NCBI GenBank assembly: GCA_900617105.1
Contig: UYFQ01000812.1
Coordinates: 1-35,108, forward strand
DNA length: 35,108 nt
Direction: 5' to 3'
Source: Hydrurus foetidus
Lineage: Eukaryota
Shown here one piece after another: positions 18,151-31,214 of the stretch. Every line of letters starts with the position of its first letter. Position 1 is the stretch's first letter. The position numbers were made by a program, and so were the translations under genes. The notes beneath the pieces were generated by a model. The model made no database searches. It saw only the letters and a program-made list of their open reading frames with translations, and was not told the DNA's origin.

Positions 18151-19180
18151 AATGCTGAAGATACCTTTTACGACAACATTACTTGATGGGGTGAAAAATG
18201 AAAAAAAATGAAAAACGCGAGTGAATTTAGTACTGCAGTTGCGTATCGAATATTGCAACATTGTTGTCAAAACACCGTCAGAAATAAACGGAGACGGGAA
18301 ATGGAAGAGAACAGGGAAGAAGAAGGAAGGAAGTAATACGAGGAGGATAGGGGTGGGGAAGAGATAAGAGATGGAAGTGTACAATAGGATAGAGAACATA
18401 GCATACATTCTCACTTGTATGACGCAATATAAAAAAAATGGAACGATTGGATTACGATTTAGCTTGCCATGATATTTAAAAATAATGAGAAAAATTGTTT
18501 TTCTCACTGTGATAACGGAAATGCCAATTGAATACTTTCGTATTTTATCTTCAATAAAAATCTTATTTAACACCTTATATTAAGAAAGCAATCGTGAGCA
18601 TAACCTTCCTCCTTCGTGCAAACACAGCTTTCATTGCTTTCTTCTCAACTTTGATAAACGGAAGTTGCACTTTAGCATTTCAAGCAATATTACAGCTCAC
18701 TAACGACATCGACAACATGCTATCAGTTGAACATAATTGAAATCAGCACGTGAAGAGTCATGCGGATGAATCATCTACATAATTAGCGGGACAAATTTCG
18801 TCAAAGTGGAACCAGAATGCTGAAAAATGATGCTGGGGCTGCGATTTCTGCTTCTTTTAGACGATATTTGAGACTATTTGGTGACTACTCAGAATATCTG
18901 TCATATTTTTTTTCACCAAAATTTCACACGAAGATAAGCTCAAGGTTGGCTGATTATTGTGGGAGAGTTGAAATTGAGGTTAGATTATGCAACTACGACA
19001 TCGGTGACTTCATGTCCGCTGGAGGATGTGGTCACTCTGTTCAGTTGAATTCAGTATGGAGCTGAACATATCGTCTAGCATATCCGAGGAGGTGTTGGCG
19101 ACTCAGTAGACTCATCAGAAACACTTGTGGAAACAGTGGCTGTGGTTTGACGTCTTCAGACCAGGCATTTAGAGAAAATT

Positions 19181-22100
19181 ATGTCGATAGCGGATGAAGT
19201 ACCTTTGTTCCCGGAGCCCGGTGAATACAGCAAGGAGCAGCGGTCACTTCTAAGTAATGACGACACAGTGGAGGACCTGTACTCTAAGGAAACTTTATAC
19301 AGAAACTTCTATTCAATGTCAATAGCTTTCAGCATAAATCATGGTTGCGCTGTTACTTGCTTGGCTTATGCATCGACAGAACTGGGTAATCAGATGGGCA
19401 GTGCAACTAGTGGAATTCTCTATGTTGGATATGCGATCACAGCATTTTTGCTCGCCCGACCACTCGTTGCAGCCTTAGGTAAAATATTGAAGAGTCATAA
19501 CTGATCAATTTTTTTAGGAACTAGTGGATAATAAGTCGCAATTTGCTTTAGGGCTTATCGACGATAATGATGATATGAGTTTCAAATATCTCGATCAGTA
19601 TCATATTTATGACTAATTGCAGATGGACTAAAATAACTTCCTACCCCCTCGCTAATTACTAACTCTAATGCTATCAGGTCCAAAAACCAGTATGCTGATA
19701 GGAGCTGTAGGATACAGTGTGTATGTCGGTGGGTTCTTCGCATCGCTGCTATTCATCGATATTAGTTTCCTATCTCTGCGAATGGCTTGGACCGTTTCAT
19801 GTGTAACGGCTGCTGTGGGGGGATTTTCAGGGGGTCTTCTTTGGACATCGCAAGGAGCGTTCTTTGCTCAGAATTCTAAAATGTTCTGCAGAGTGACAAA
19901 AGCTCAAGTTGAAGCAGTGAATAATACATTCGCAAGTATATTCGCAACTACTTTTTTAGGAGTTGAAATGATAACGAAATTGTTCGCAACGGTTGTGTAT
20001 ATCTCAGTCCCAAAGGGATGGGGAGCACATCACATATTATTCGCATTTTATACGGTATTATCACTAGCTGCGTGCTATGTGATAATGGGACTGGATGACT
20101 TAGACTCGATTGCGACACACGATTTTAGCTATAAAACGGTATCTAAAGCCGCTGGTGCTGCTGCTAAATTGGTATACATGGAACCCAGATTCGCTCTGAT
20201 AGTTCCGTATCAATTGGCATTCGGATTTACGTCTAGTTTTGTACCGTATTATATTTTTGGAACGGTTATTTCCGGCTCCCATCATTTAGGGTCACAGTAT
20301 GTGGGGGTGCTCAGTGCTGTTGTTGTGTTCACTGCTGCTTCGATAACACTGCCTACAGGTGAGCTATGTGTGTGTGTGTTTGGGGGCAGGTGTATGTGTG
20401 TGTACGTGTACGTGTTCGTGATTCTGTGCAGATGCTTCTTGCTTAACGATGAATACAGAAAGTGAATATAATAAGTGAATGCAATAAGTGAATGCAATAT
20501 GTGAATATAATAAGTGAATGCAATAAGTGAATGCAATAAGTGCATGCAATAAGTGAATGCAATAAGTGAATGCAATAAGTGAATGCAATAAGTGCATGCA
20601 ATATGTGCATGCAATAAGTGAATGCAAGAAGTGAATGCAAGAAGTGAATGCAATAAGTGAACGCAATAAGTGAATGCAATAAGTGTATACAGCATCAATA
20701 TGTGAAGATAATAAGTGTAACGTCTGTGTGCAGTATACTGCATTGTAGTTTAGGTTTGACTACTGCCACTCTCCTCCGTTCTATATCGGCAACACTCAAC
20801 GCTTACTACCAGAACAGTGCATTGCGGCGTATCACAACAAGTGCGCATCACACTTTTTGTCTGTTTATTACACCATCAGCTAACACTTCAACATCAAATC
20901 CATAATTTACCTCAATCTCTTCCTACACTCCCGTCCCCCATTTCAAGACTTCTCACCCTTTCTATCATTTCTTTTTTTAATTTTTTTTGTTTCTCTATTT
21001 TTCTATTCTTGAAACAGCCACCATTGCTCACCGATACGGTAAAAGATATGTAATGTTCATTGGGGGATTATGTTTAATGGTGGTAGGAGGGTGTTTCTTC
21101 ATCGCTTCTGATGACGTATTAGGTAAGTCAGATCTTTATTTAGTACATCTTTTTTTTTTCTTTTTTCTTTTTCTTTTGAAGTGATTTATTGTTTAGCATG
21201 CACAATTAGCTCTGATTCGCTGTTTTTTGCTTTCTTCTTGGTCATAATGTGCGGTCTACAAATCGCATTAACTTTCAATTTACAAGAAGATTTATTTATT
21301 TTAATTTATTTTGTATCGTTTAATTATGTATATTTTATTTCAATTACTCCCATAAAAACGTATTTGATCAACAGGAACTTGGTATGTTGTGTTTCCTTTA
21401 ATGGTCGTATACGGAGTAAGCAGGGGAATTTGGGTACGTCTTTTTAGGCCTTTTTCTGTACTATTGTCACGGATAATGCTGAATATGAGCCAATAATGTG
21501 GAGAGATTGAATCTAATGTGGTTTTAGTATGATCTACGAATGTCAACTGTTCGTTATAAAAATGCAAATCTCCTGTGATCATTACCACTGAGAAACGTTG
21601 TATTTATCTATTTATCTCCTTCTCCATTCATCCATTAATTAATTCATACATCTTTCTTCCATTATTTACTCATCTACAATTAAAATGAAACCGTATTTTA
21701 GGAAAACACGAATAAGGCTGTGATAGCAGATTTCTTTTCTGAATCTCAAGAAGCCTGCACCACTGCCTTTGCGGCCACGGCGTTTTTTAACGGATATGCC
21801 GGAGCAGTGGCATACTTTATATTTTTGAAATTGCCGCGACAAGGTGAGATGGAAATCTTCTCCAACTTTCTTTTTCTTTTTCTTTTTGATGTTTTTTCAG
21901 AGATGTCTCCCGTCAGAAGCGTAGCGGTTATTAGACTGAAATGTTATCAAGAAACTTTCTCACAACATTATAAATTCCCATTCTTAATATTACACAGCTT
22001 TAATATTTCACTCATATTTTTTGTACTTCATGATGTAGGCAACAATAACTGTTTATTTCCAGTACTAACATTTCATTGCCTAAAAGTACATTACAAATTA

Positions 22101-22355
22101 CACTAAATTTCATTGCATAATTTACATGATATACATGTTGTAGGTATGGCGGCAGCAGTCACTCTTTCCAGCGCATTCGGTATGATATTCTACTCAGTCG
22201 CATTTCTCGTCAACGATGCAAAACGACTGGAAGCAAAAGTGGACAGAAAAGCGCTCGTACGTACCCAATATTTGAAGTACAGAGAAAATCACACCCACTC
22301 CCTTGCATCGGCTTCGGAGGATGTGTCGGGACAGGACTATGGGGGTCATTTCTGA
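19181..22355 (+). CDS. UNC-93-like major facilitator superfamily membrane protein, 6 exons, ~498 aa
   Basis: Exons 19181-19478, 19678-20358, 21018-21122, 21375-21433, 21702-21843, 22144-22355 total 1497 nt in frame. Many hydrophobic helices; motifs FSINHGCAVTCLAYA, LGPK, GGFSGGLLWTSQGAF, RGIWENTNKAVIADFF. Confidence 0.85.
20459..20684. repeat. 13 bp minisatellite (~17 copies) in UNC-93-like intron 2
   Basis: Unit aataagtgaatgc with few variants; explains the repetitive minus-strand ORFs at 20282-20743. Confidence 0.95.
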
Positions 22356-22428
22356 CCCCAGGGTTTGGGGGTCATTTCTGACTACAGGGTTTGGGGGTCA
22401 TTTCTGACTACAGAGTTCTAGGGGTCAT
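22341..22428. repeat. 26 bp tandem repeat (3+ copies) overlapping the UNC-93-like stop codon
   Basis: Unit gggggtcatttctgac(c/t)(c/a)cagggttt at 22341, 22367, 22393, partial at 22421. Confidence 0.9.
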
Positions 22429-24014
22429 AATTTCTAAATTCACCTCATTGCACTTTTCTATTTTCTACAATCTGACTATTTCTGATTTCAATTTCGAGAT
22501 ATTTGTGATAATCATCAAGAAGCATAAGAAGTTTGTATTCTGACTTTTATGACTAAAAGTAGTCCAGAAGAGTTTTATTCTGTTAATGATTATGTAGAAA
22601 CATTTTGAGTTTTCTTGCTTCACTAAACTGTCTGTTTTCATTCACTGAATTATTAAATAAACAGATGAATGAAAATATAAAAGTGTATCGACTTTGTTTT
22701 TGTTCCATTTTAGTACTGCAGTATCAGCATTTGAATATCAATTTTTGACAGACAGGCGCGGACGCTTTCCTTGCCCTTCTTTATTTCTGTCTCCACATAT
22801 GTCAGAAAATGAAAATTGTTGAACCAAATGCAATAACTTTGTCTGTGTAATCATCGAGATAATTGAGCGAGGCATCCACCATACAAGTTGCGTTGCAATC
22901 TAAAGCTTAAATCTTCGAATTTCTTCAATTGCTCCAATATGTTTGGTAGCCTGTAGCTTTCCGGGTTCAAAGAGTGCTCTACATGGCGACACGATTTTTG
23001 ACAGGGCTAGAACGCGGCACGACATCACAGGAAATGATATGACGTCATATGATTGTGGCATCTTATAAATCCCCTTGCAATTGTACTGAAGTTTGGATAA
23101 CGCTTGTATCGATAAGAATCTCAAATGACACATATTCTCGATCGTTCCAATGAGAATATCACATATTCTTCTCATGGCGCAGTCTTCTGGCGCTTAAGAC
23201 TGCGCCACCATGATTGCGCCATATGAACTTCGTGACTAAGCAAAAGCTGTCTTTCGAAGTTCACAGAAACTTATCTGTGGTGATGTTAAGACTTTCAAAT
23301 GGCAACAGAGACAACGGACAAAGTCTCTGTTGAGTGGCCATTTTATCGATACAAGTGTGATTCATTCATGTAAGGAATCAAATGAGAGTTTCTGCGACCG
23401 GTAGAGACTTCCTTGATGCTCGTCTATTGTTTATGTTGTCGTGTTCCATTTTTGAAAGTATCATGTCATCTGCTGTTTCTCGCGATCGATTCTTGACGGA
23501 CAATTCAGCGGCCTCTAAGGCTACGTAGAAAACGTTCTCATTTGTCTCAGATCTCGACTACAGCAGACTGGTAGGAAGAAAGTTGCAGAGGAAAAGATGT
23601 ACTGAATGAAGACGAAAAATCGGCGTGGCAACTTCTGGTCGAATATCAAAAATTGGACAAAAGGGTGTTGGAGGTCGGAGGGTTGGGGGTTGGGGGGGGG
23701 GGGTTGTTTTTTGTTTTTGCATTTTCAAAAAATCCACACACGCACTTGAGAAGAGCGGACAGCTACCCCCACTGATGTCACACTCATTTTTTAAAAATTA
23801 AACCGGATAGATGAAACAGATATTGATGGGATTGAAGATCTGACATAAACCTCAATATATCTGCCGGTAACTTTCTCCAGTTGTCTCCTTGTAAATTGCA
23901 CAGTTGTCTACAGCGTTGGAGAAGTTGCTGTGAGTTTAAAGAGGACACCGTCATTCCTGCGAGGGCCGACCAAGACTGCAATCTTTGCGTTATTCAATCG
24001 AGAAAATTGTCCAT

Positions 24015-26358
24015 ATGAAGCCTTCATCCTCTGAGGATCAAAAGCTCCTTCACAACCAAAAGGGTCCAGGTTCGACCAATGACATTCCGAGTTATCAGAG
24101 AGGCCCAACACCTGCTCAATCCTCCGCCGCTAAGGCCGATAATTCTGCTCGAAATGAAAGAATCGCACTTTTAAGTAAGTATCAAGGACAAGGTTCAGGC
24201 ATGACATACAGAGGACCGGCCTATATGTCTACGAGCGCATTTCAAATAATGGTGGAGGAGATTGAGAGGCAGAAAGAGCATTCCAAGTTGTCTCGAAGTG
24301 CCAGCGTAGGTGGAGATATGGTGCCATCTCCTTTGAACCCTGTCCTGACAGGTCCGTTACCAGACATGCACAATATTTCGTTGATACATGTTTCTGTAGA
24401 ACGCTGTCATCCTAGGCCTTATTTCTTATAGCTAAGAGCACATATGGTTGCAAAGTGAATCAGCAGACAGAATCTGTCGGAAATTATTGATTCAAAGTTT
24501 CCGGTCATTCTTAATGATCGCTCTATGAAACAGGAGGACGAAGAGCTCTGTACGGAACTTTACCTTTCGTTGCTGCCTTCGGGATGCAGCACAGAGAAAC
24601 ATCAATTAGAAGAGTTCTTTCAACAGCAAGTTGCAATGCGCTGCATGCTATGGATATGACGGAATATGAAGTGAGTGGACTCTTCATTTTTTTATCGCTA
24701 TCTTCATTTTCATCTTTATTTTCCTAGTTTTTCATTTCTTATGAACTTCATCGTCATCAATTTATCCATTGACATTTTTGGGCGTTCTTTTCAATTGAGA
24801 ATGATCTTGCATAATGCGTAACATGATGTACATCTTATCGTAAATCAATATTGCTGTCAATTTTCTCGTAAGTCAGTCAGCCCCATTTCGCCATCTTCTT
24901 CAGTAATTCATTGAATACTCTCATGTCTCTCCCTATTTATTTCATCTATCCGTTTTCTGTTTTGGCTTCCAGATTGACTTTTAATTCTGATTTTGTCAGT
25001 CTGAATAACAATTATAAATCATGAACGCTATTTTTCTTTTTATAGCATGCGGAGCTATTATCGAGCATAGACGTTGACGAGGTAAGAAAGATTCCAAAAG
25101 CACCTTCCGGAACATTTCTATTAATTTTCTTTCGGAGTCATACTTAATTTCTCCCTTGTTGTTATGCATTGATTTGAGCTTCAACAGGATTTAATTTTAA
25201 TAATAATTTCACTATGAAATCTTTCATTCAATGGAGTGTTTTTGCAAACCGATTTCGTACACTCTTTGCACAACTGCTTGTCTTTTGTGTACTCAAATTA
25301 AAAGTCAAATTCACCGTTACTCCACACTGCTCAATCTATATGGTGCGAAAAGTGTAAAATCGGGTTTGCAAAAACACTCTAATCACTCTTTTCTTTCATT
25401 CACTTCTCCTCTATTCCTTCCCTTAACCTATTGCATTCATACTTTCATTTATGCAGATAATTATCACATTTCCTCTAATTATGGCCACTGTTGTGGCCAT
25501 TTTAGCGCAATTTATGCTAGGGTATAATACAGGTATCATCCATCTAATTTTCTGTATAACAGCTTTTTATCTTTCCATATTTATCTTTTTTTGATTTTTG
25601 TTGTTGATTTTGCTGTTGTTCTTGTTTGTATTATCATGAGTTGTTCACGTGTGTCTTCATTTGATTTCAGTGTCCCTTGTCTTGTCAGATCTTATCTTAT
25701 TTGACTTTATATTATCCACCTCCTATTCTTTCACATTATCACTTACCCTTTTTCTGATTTTTCTCAGGCGTAATGAACGCTCCATCTTCTGTCGTATTCC
25801 CCGGTCACACTACTTTTGAATGGGCACTTGCCGTGAGCGCGTTTGCAGTGGGTGGCCCGGGAGGGGCCGTTTTAGGGGGGTATTTGGCCAATAAAAAGGG
25901 ACGAAGAGGTAGGCGTGGTATTTATTGCTGTAGTAAACAGGATATGATAAGAAATGATTTGGATGATTGCCTGCTGTGTGTGTGTGTGTGTGTGTGTGTG
26001 TAGAATCATGTTAAAATTGAGGCAAAGAATCTTCTTCGACTACAGATAATACCAAATCATCCACAACATGACAAAACTCAAAATAACGGTTTTCTAATAT
26101 ACGAATTTAAATTACTTCAGGGGCTATGATGATCAACACGTGGATTTTCTTTCTTGGCGGAATCATGATGACTCTCGCACCAAATGTTTATTGGCTCATT
26201 CCTGCAAGGCTGATTGTCGGTTTCGCTTCTGGACTAGCGTCTGTTGTGGTGAGTACGTACTTGTTTGGGAGGAAGGGAGGCAGGGGAGGAGTGGGAAAGA
26301 GTCGGTTAAAGAGAGAAGGAGGAAGGGAATGGGAGAGAGAGAATAAAATTGAGCGTGT

Positions 26359-26412
<54 letters not shown>

Positions 26413-29400
26413 ATGAATGTGACAAGGAGGGAGAGATTGAATGGGAATGAAGAGCGTGGGGCAATGAGTGAGTGGATTAGTTAGGGTGGGTGATCGAGGA
26501 CAGGATGCATTGAATGACAGATATGGCTGTGACAAGAGAGAGAGTGAAAGTAAAGATATTCGTAAAACATCAATAATAACGGGGAAATGAGCCTCAAATC
26601 TGAAATGTTCACAGTACACTAAACTTTTTGGAATTTTAATGTCAAGTTAAAGAAAGCTAATATCTCAAATATTGAAAAAAGCTACAATATCAACATAATG
26701 ATTCTGATGATAATGATATTATTTGATGCAGGTTCCGGTTTATTTGGGTGAGATTGCTCCACCGACACTGAGGGGTACTCTGGGTACACTCACACAGTTC
26801 TCCATGGTCATAGGTGAGTACTAAATACTAAATATTAGTAGACATGCACTATTATATTTTTTACTCGTACTTTTTCATATGGACGTACCTTTTCCTCCCC
26901 AGTTCATCTTCCTTCATCTCCTCTTCTTCTTTCCATCCCTGCTCTTTATTCAACGTACATCTTATCTCCTCTTCTATTTCTCCCTCCCTCCTTCCCATCC
27001 TTCTTTTAATCTCTCTTCCTTTTCCTCACTCTCCCTCCCCCTCTCCATCTTTCCTCCTGGATTCGCGGATCGTAACTCCGGCTCTTTGTTTACTACAATT
27101 GGCCGTAAGCCCCTTCTTATTGGAATCGCCCAGGTACATGTGCAGCAAAGAATGCACGCAGTAATAGCACAAATTGTCCCTTTTTCCTCTCTAATTCTCC
27201 CTTTCCTTCCCCTTACCTCTTTAAATCCCTCTATCCTCTATCTTTCGATACCTCCCCATACTCGCCACTCTCTCTTTTCTTCTCTTCTCTTTTTACTTCT
27301 CATCTCTCTCCTTCTCCATTCTTTTTCCCTCTATTCTCTTATCTTTTCCTCTTTGCTTTATTTCACACAGGTGGTTGCTTGGACTGAACGAGAACAGTGC
27401 AGAAGCCAGAGTCGTAATTAAACAAATGAGAGGATTCCGACTAGACGCAGATGTTGAACATGAGGTATGTGCGTATGTACCTACGTACGTACACGTGAAC
27501 GTACCTACCTACTCCCGATCTGTCGCGTGTCATGATTATTGTTTTCATGTGCACTGTGTGTAAAAATGTGAATTTGTAGTGGATGAGGTATGGTAATGAT
27601 GCTGCATTGTGCCTGTCGATATGTCTATCCTAGTAGTGGTCAATTTCGAATCAACCCATCTTGTAAAACGATACATACAGCTCTCAACTGTACAATGTAC
27701 CGCACATACCATATACCTGTACTTACTCTTACATCACGTACGTTACTGTGCAGGTGCAACATTTTCTGTTTGCGGCTTCGAAGCACAAGACGCACAGAGA
27801 CAGCGCACACAGCGGAGGAGCCATGTACGACCTGCTCAAATCCAAGTACGTACGTACGTACGGTGCAAGCTACGTACGATTAGTGCTACACGACACTATG
27901 ACCCGAACCCTCCTAATCAATCTCCCTCTTCCCCCTCCCTCCCCCTATCCCTTTACCCTCTATTCCATCCCCCTAACCCTATTCCATCCCACTCCCCCGT
28001 TTTCCAGGATATGCGTGTGCTAGTCGTCTTTTCAAAGACCTTAAGCGATTGACATTCTTGACTGGTTCGCATTCTCCATTCTTTTCCTTTTTCCTCCTTT
28101 TCCTTCCATCCTTTCTGATTCTTCGCCGCCGCGCCTTCCCCTTTTTTGACTCCCTCCACTTTCCCTCCACCCTCCTTTCCCTTTCCTCTTTCCTCTTCCT
28201 TCCTCCCTTTCGCCTCACCAACACCCTCCCTCCCTCTCCTCCTTCTAACCCCACAGACCCCTTAGTCGGAACAACTTTGGTAGCTTTTATGAATGTAATA
28301 GCGACATACATTGCTTTGAAATTAATGGACAACACGGCTAGGAGGACTCTTATACTAATTTCCGCGGGTGGAATGATAATTTCAACGATAGTGATCGTAG
28401 CAGCTATGACTGGTAAGGGTATTTCACTAATATATACTTTTTTAGTTTTTTTTTTTAGTACTTTATTCTGACTCATTATTTCTGACCGATTATTTTTTTC
28501 GATTTCAATTCATTTTATTTCAATTTTCCTAACCTCACTATTTCTTATTTTAGTTTTCTCACCTTACCTTACCTCACCTCACTTCACCTCACCTCACCTT
28601 TTCTCATTTTATCTTAATTGATGTGCACTTACCCTCCAGGATTGATATACAGTTCAGTCTCGCTGGTGGCTGTTATGTCGTTCGTCCTTTTTTACGGTAA
28701 AATTAAAACTGTCAATGCATGAGATTTGCGCTTGTGTTTTTACCCCTCTATCCTATTTACGTAGACAATGTGGGTGAGACCGTAAATTCAGAAAACCCAG
28801 AAGCCCAAATTTAGGATCTAGGACTTCTGGGTTTCTGGGATTTAGACAAGGAATCTGGAGACCCCCCCCCCCGCCCTTTCTAGATTTACAGGATCCCAGA
28901 TTTTTTGAAAATTTCACCCAAAATCTGGGGGTCTGGGTTTTTTAAATTTACGGTCGCACCCAGTGCACACATGCACAAACACACGCGCACACACTGAACT
29001 TTACTCACACACACCAAAACTCCTCTACTCCTACAGTTCACTGAAGACACACATTCACTCACACTTCCCCTTTCCCCCACCGCCCTACACACACACTCAC
29101 CATCACGTACGTATTTCAGAAATTGGTCTCGGTCCCATTCCTTGGTTGATTGTCGCTGAAATGTTCGATGCCAAATACGTTGCAACGGCAATGAGCATGG
29201 CCTGCATCGTCAACTGGTAAACCATTGCCATTAATTTGATGCTGATTAGTTTTATTTGATGATATTTTTTGTACTCTTGTACGTGTCATAACACTTTTGT
29301 TTTCACTGTGCTTTTTCAAGGTTGGAAAAAAAGTTTGATCGAAAAGTCGAAATTACGAACAACAAAATGTTTGTATAGTACACACTTTGTTTGTCAAGAT

Positions 29401-30303
29401 TCTATTCTTATTTTTAATAATACTTGTTCTGTCATCTACTCACATCTTATTGGTATGAATTCCCTACGGAAAACAGCGCAATAGTAAATGTGTTGTATTT
29501 GATCAATCTACCAATTTTTTTACTTTACTTTTGTATCGCTATCAGCTGTATCACTCATTACACTTCTATTTTTTATCACCGTTATTAGGATGTGTAATTT
29601 TCTAGTTGGCTTAACATTTCCGTATATATTCCAGGTAAGATAATCAACGAAATTAGACCGTTTCAGTGATTTTTATTGCACCCTCTACTTTTTGTTCCTC
29701 TATGAAGAATGTGTGACACATAGTGCAATTTGTTCTCTTTCAAATAATTAGGTAAACAACACATTACACATGAAACGTCATTCATTTCTCCAACATATCA
29801 TTCCAAATTCGTACCTCCACAACTCCCAAACCACAAAGCTAAAAAACTCTAAAATAATATTTCACGAATTGTCGACCATATCCGTGATAAGGCACTAGGA
29901 CCTTGGAGCTTTGCACCGTTTGGTGCGGTGTTAGTTTTTGTTTTTCTTTTTACATTTATTTATCTGCCGGAGACTCACGGTCGTTCCGTAGAGGAAATTC
30001 AGAGGATGGTAGGAGCCGGTGATGATGAGGTACGTACGTTATTTTTAGATGCTAATGCAGATATTTAGGTATTGTTGCAGATATTTAGATTTAGATTTAG
30101 ATTTAAATTTTTGAATGAAGGTCTGTAAAATGTCTGCTTGAAAAAAATCTTAAATTGTCGATAATGAGAAGTCAGAACAAGATGTAATGTAACAATAATG
30201 CACATCATATTATAATTTTATTTACTTTTTAAAATAGGTTCGTAAAGCTATACATATTATTCAAGCTGTGGAGAGTTACGATTTAAGTCTGGAAGACTGC
30301 TGA
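24015..30303 (+). CDS. Sugar porter (GLUT/SLC2A-like) MFS transporter, ~17 exons; two conserved segments absent as assembled
   Basis: Exons 24015-24351, 24534-24670, 25046-25081, 25457-25532, 25768-25908, 26121-26248, 26732-26813, ~27072-27133 (5' part missing), 27371-27464, 27754-27849, 28008-~28029 (3' part missing), 28257-28412, 28640-28696, 29120-29216, 29589-29634, 29892-30029, 30238-30303. Motifs [85 protein letters not shown]. Confidence 0.88.
25233..25380 (+). mobile_element. MITE family copy C (148 bp, best preserved) in sugar-porter intron 3
   Basis: TIR gagtgtttttgcaaacc-gattt / aaatcgggtttgcaaaaacactc; AAT on both flanks (25230-25232, 25381-25383); homologous to 4965-5110 and 9224-9366. 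Confidence 0.85.
25976..26001. repeat. (TG)n microsatellite
   Basis: TG dinucleotide run in an intron. Confidence 0.9.
26359..26409. repeat. (GA)n microsatellite
   Basis: GA dinucleotide run with one interruption. Confidence 0.9.
28771..28962. mobile_element. MITE-like element (192 bp) in sugar-porter intron 13
   Basis: 31 bp TIRs with 3 mismatches: tgggtgagaccgtaaattcagaaaacccaga / tctgggttttttaaatttacggtcgcaccca; internal cccaga/tctggg sub-repeats; no convincing TSD. Confidence 0.75.
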
Positions 30304-31214
30304 ATTACACACTAAAAAATAAATCAGAATGAAGGACTAAAAAGACTTTGAAAATGTGATATTTTTGAAATAGTGAATATCTTTTTTAACTGCTCTATTT
30401 TGACGCATTTTATTTGTTTTTTGAAAGTTATTATGTTTTGAAATTATCTGTGCATGGTACGTGACGTCATTTATCAGTATTCTACCTGAGTTAATAAGAC
30501 TAATACACTCACAACTTCTCCATTTACGTACATTTATACAAAATAAATACAATGTCAATAATTTTCACTAGAACTTATCAAATATTATTTTATTCATTCA
30601 TCAGTCCACATCATCAAAAACAAGATATTATTTTTTTTTGTTATCATCTTTTTGACATAACTTAAATTTGGTCATATTCAAGAAATTCACAATATTTTTA
30701 ACTTTTTTCGATAAAGATTGTAGTCTGCTTTGGAAGTCACAACAAAACAGCACTACATTGATGTACGAAAATAAACTCACCAACTCACCGTAACGTACAG
30801 CTTTACATTCCACGTGCTGTGCGATATGAGACCTCTTGGGTCTACCCTCTAAATATTGACTAAAATTTCTGTGTGCCAACTAGCAGGGATCAGATATGGA
30901 AAAGGCCACAGACTATTCTTCAAAAAACGATCGTGAAAAATTCCCCTCAGTAACTACTCTAGCATTTCTCAACTCGAATCAGATCACCATTATTTCCCAT
31001 TTTCATTTTCTAAACTTGTGCACGTACGGGGTAGCACGTACATTTGTGTGGGCTCTTGATTTGATGCGATTGGTGGTTGGCGAATTCAAAATGACATGAC
31101 CACAATTACCACTCCGTCAAAGCGCTCGTCACAGCTCAGGGAACTGTGTCAGGGACTTTGTCGGTGTAGGTGTCTCCTGCTTCTTTTCCAGAGTGACTAT
31201 AATTGGTGGTTAAA

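Noticed and set aside
20459..20684. CRISPR-like appearance of regular repeats (also 16910-16979 and 33928-34128)
   Set aside because: Head-to-tail units with no unique spacers, inside spliceosomal introns; ordinary minisatellites.
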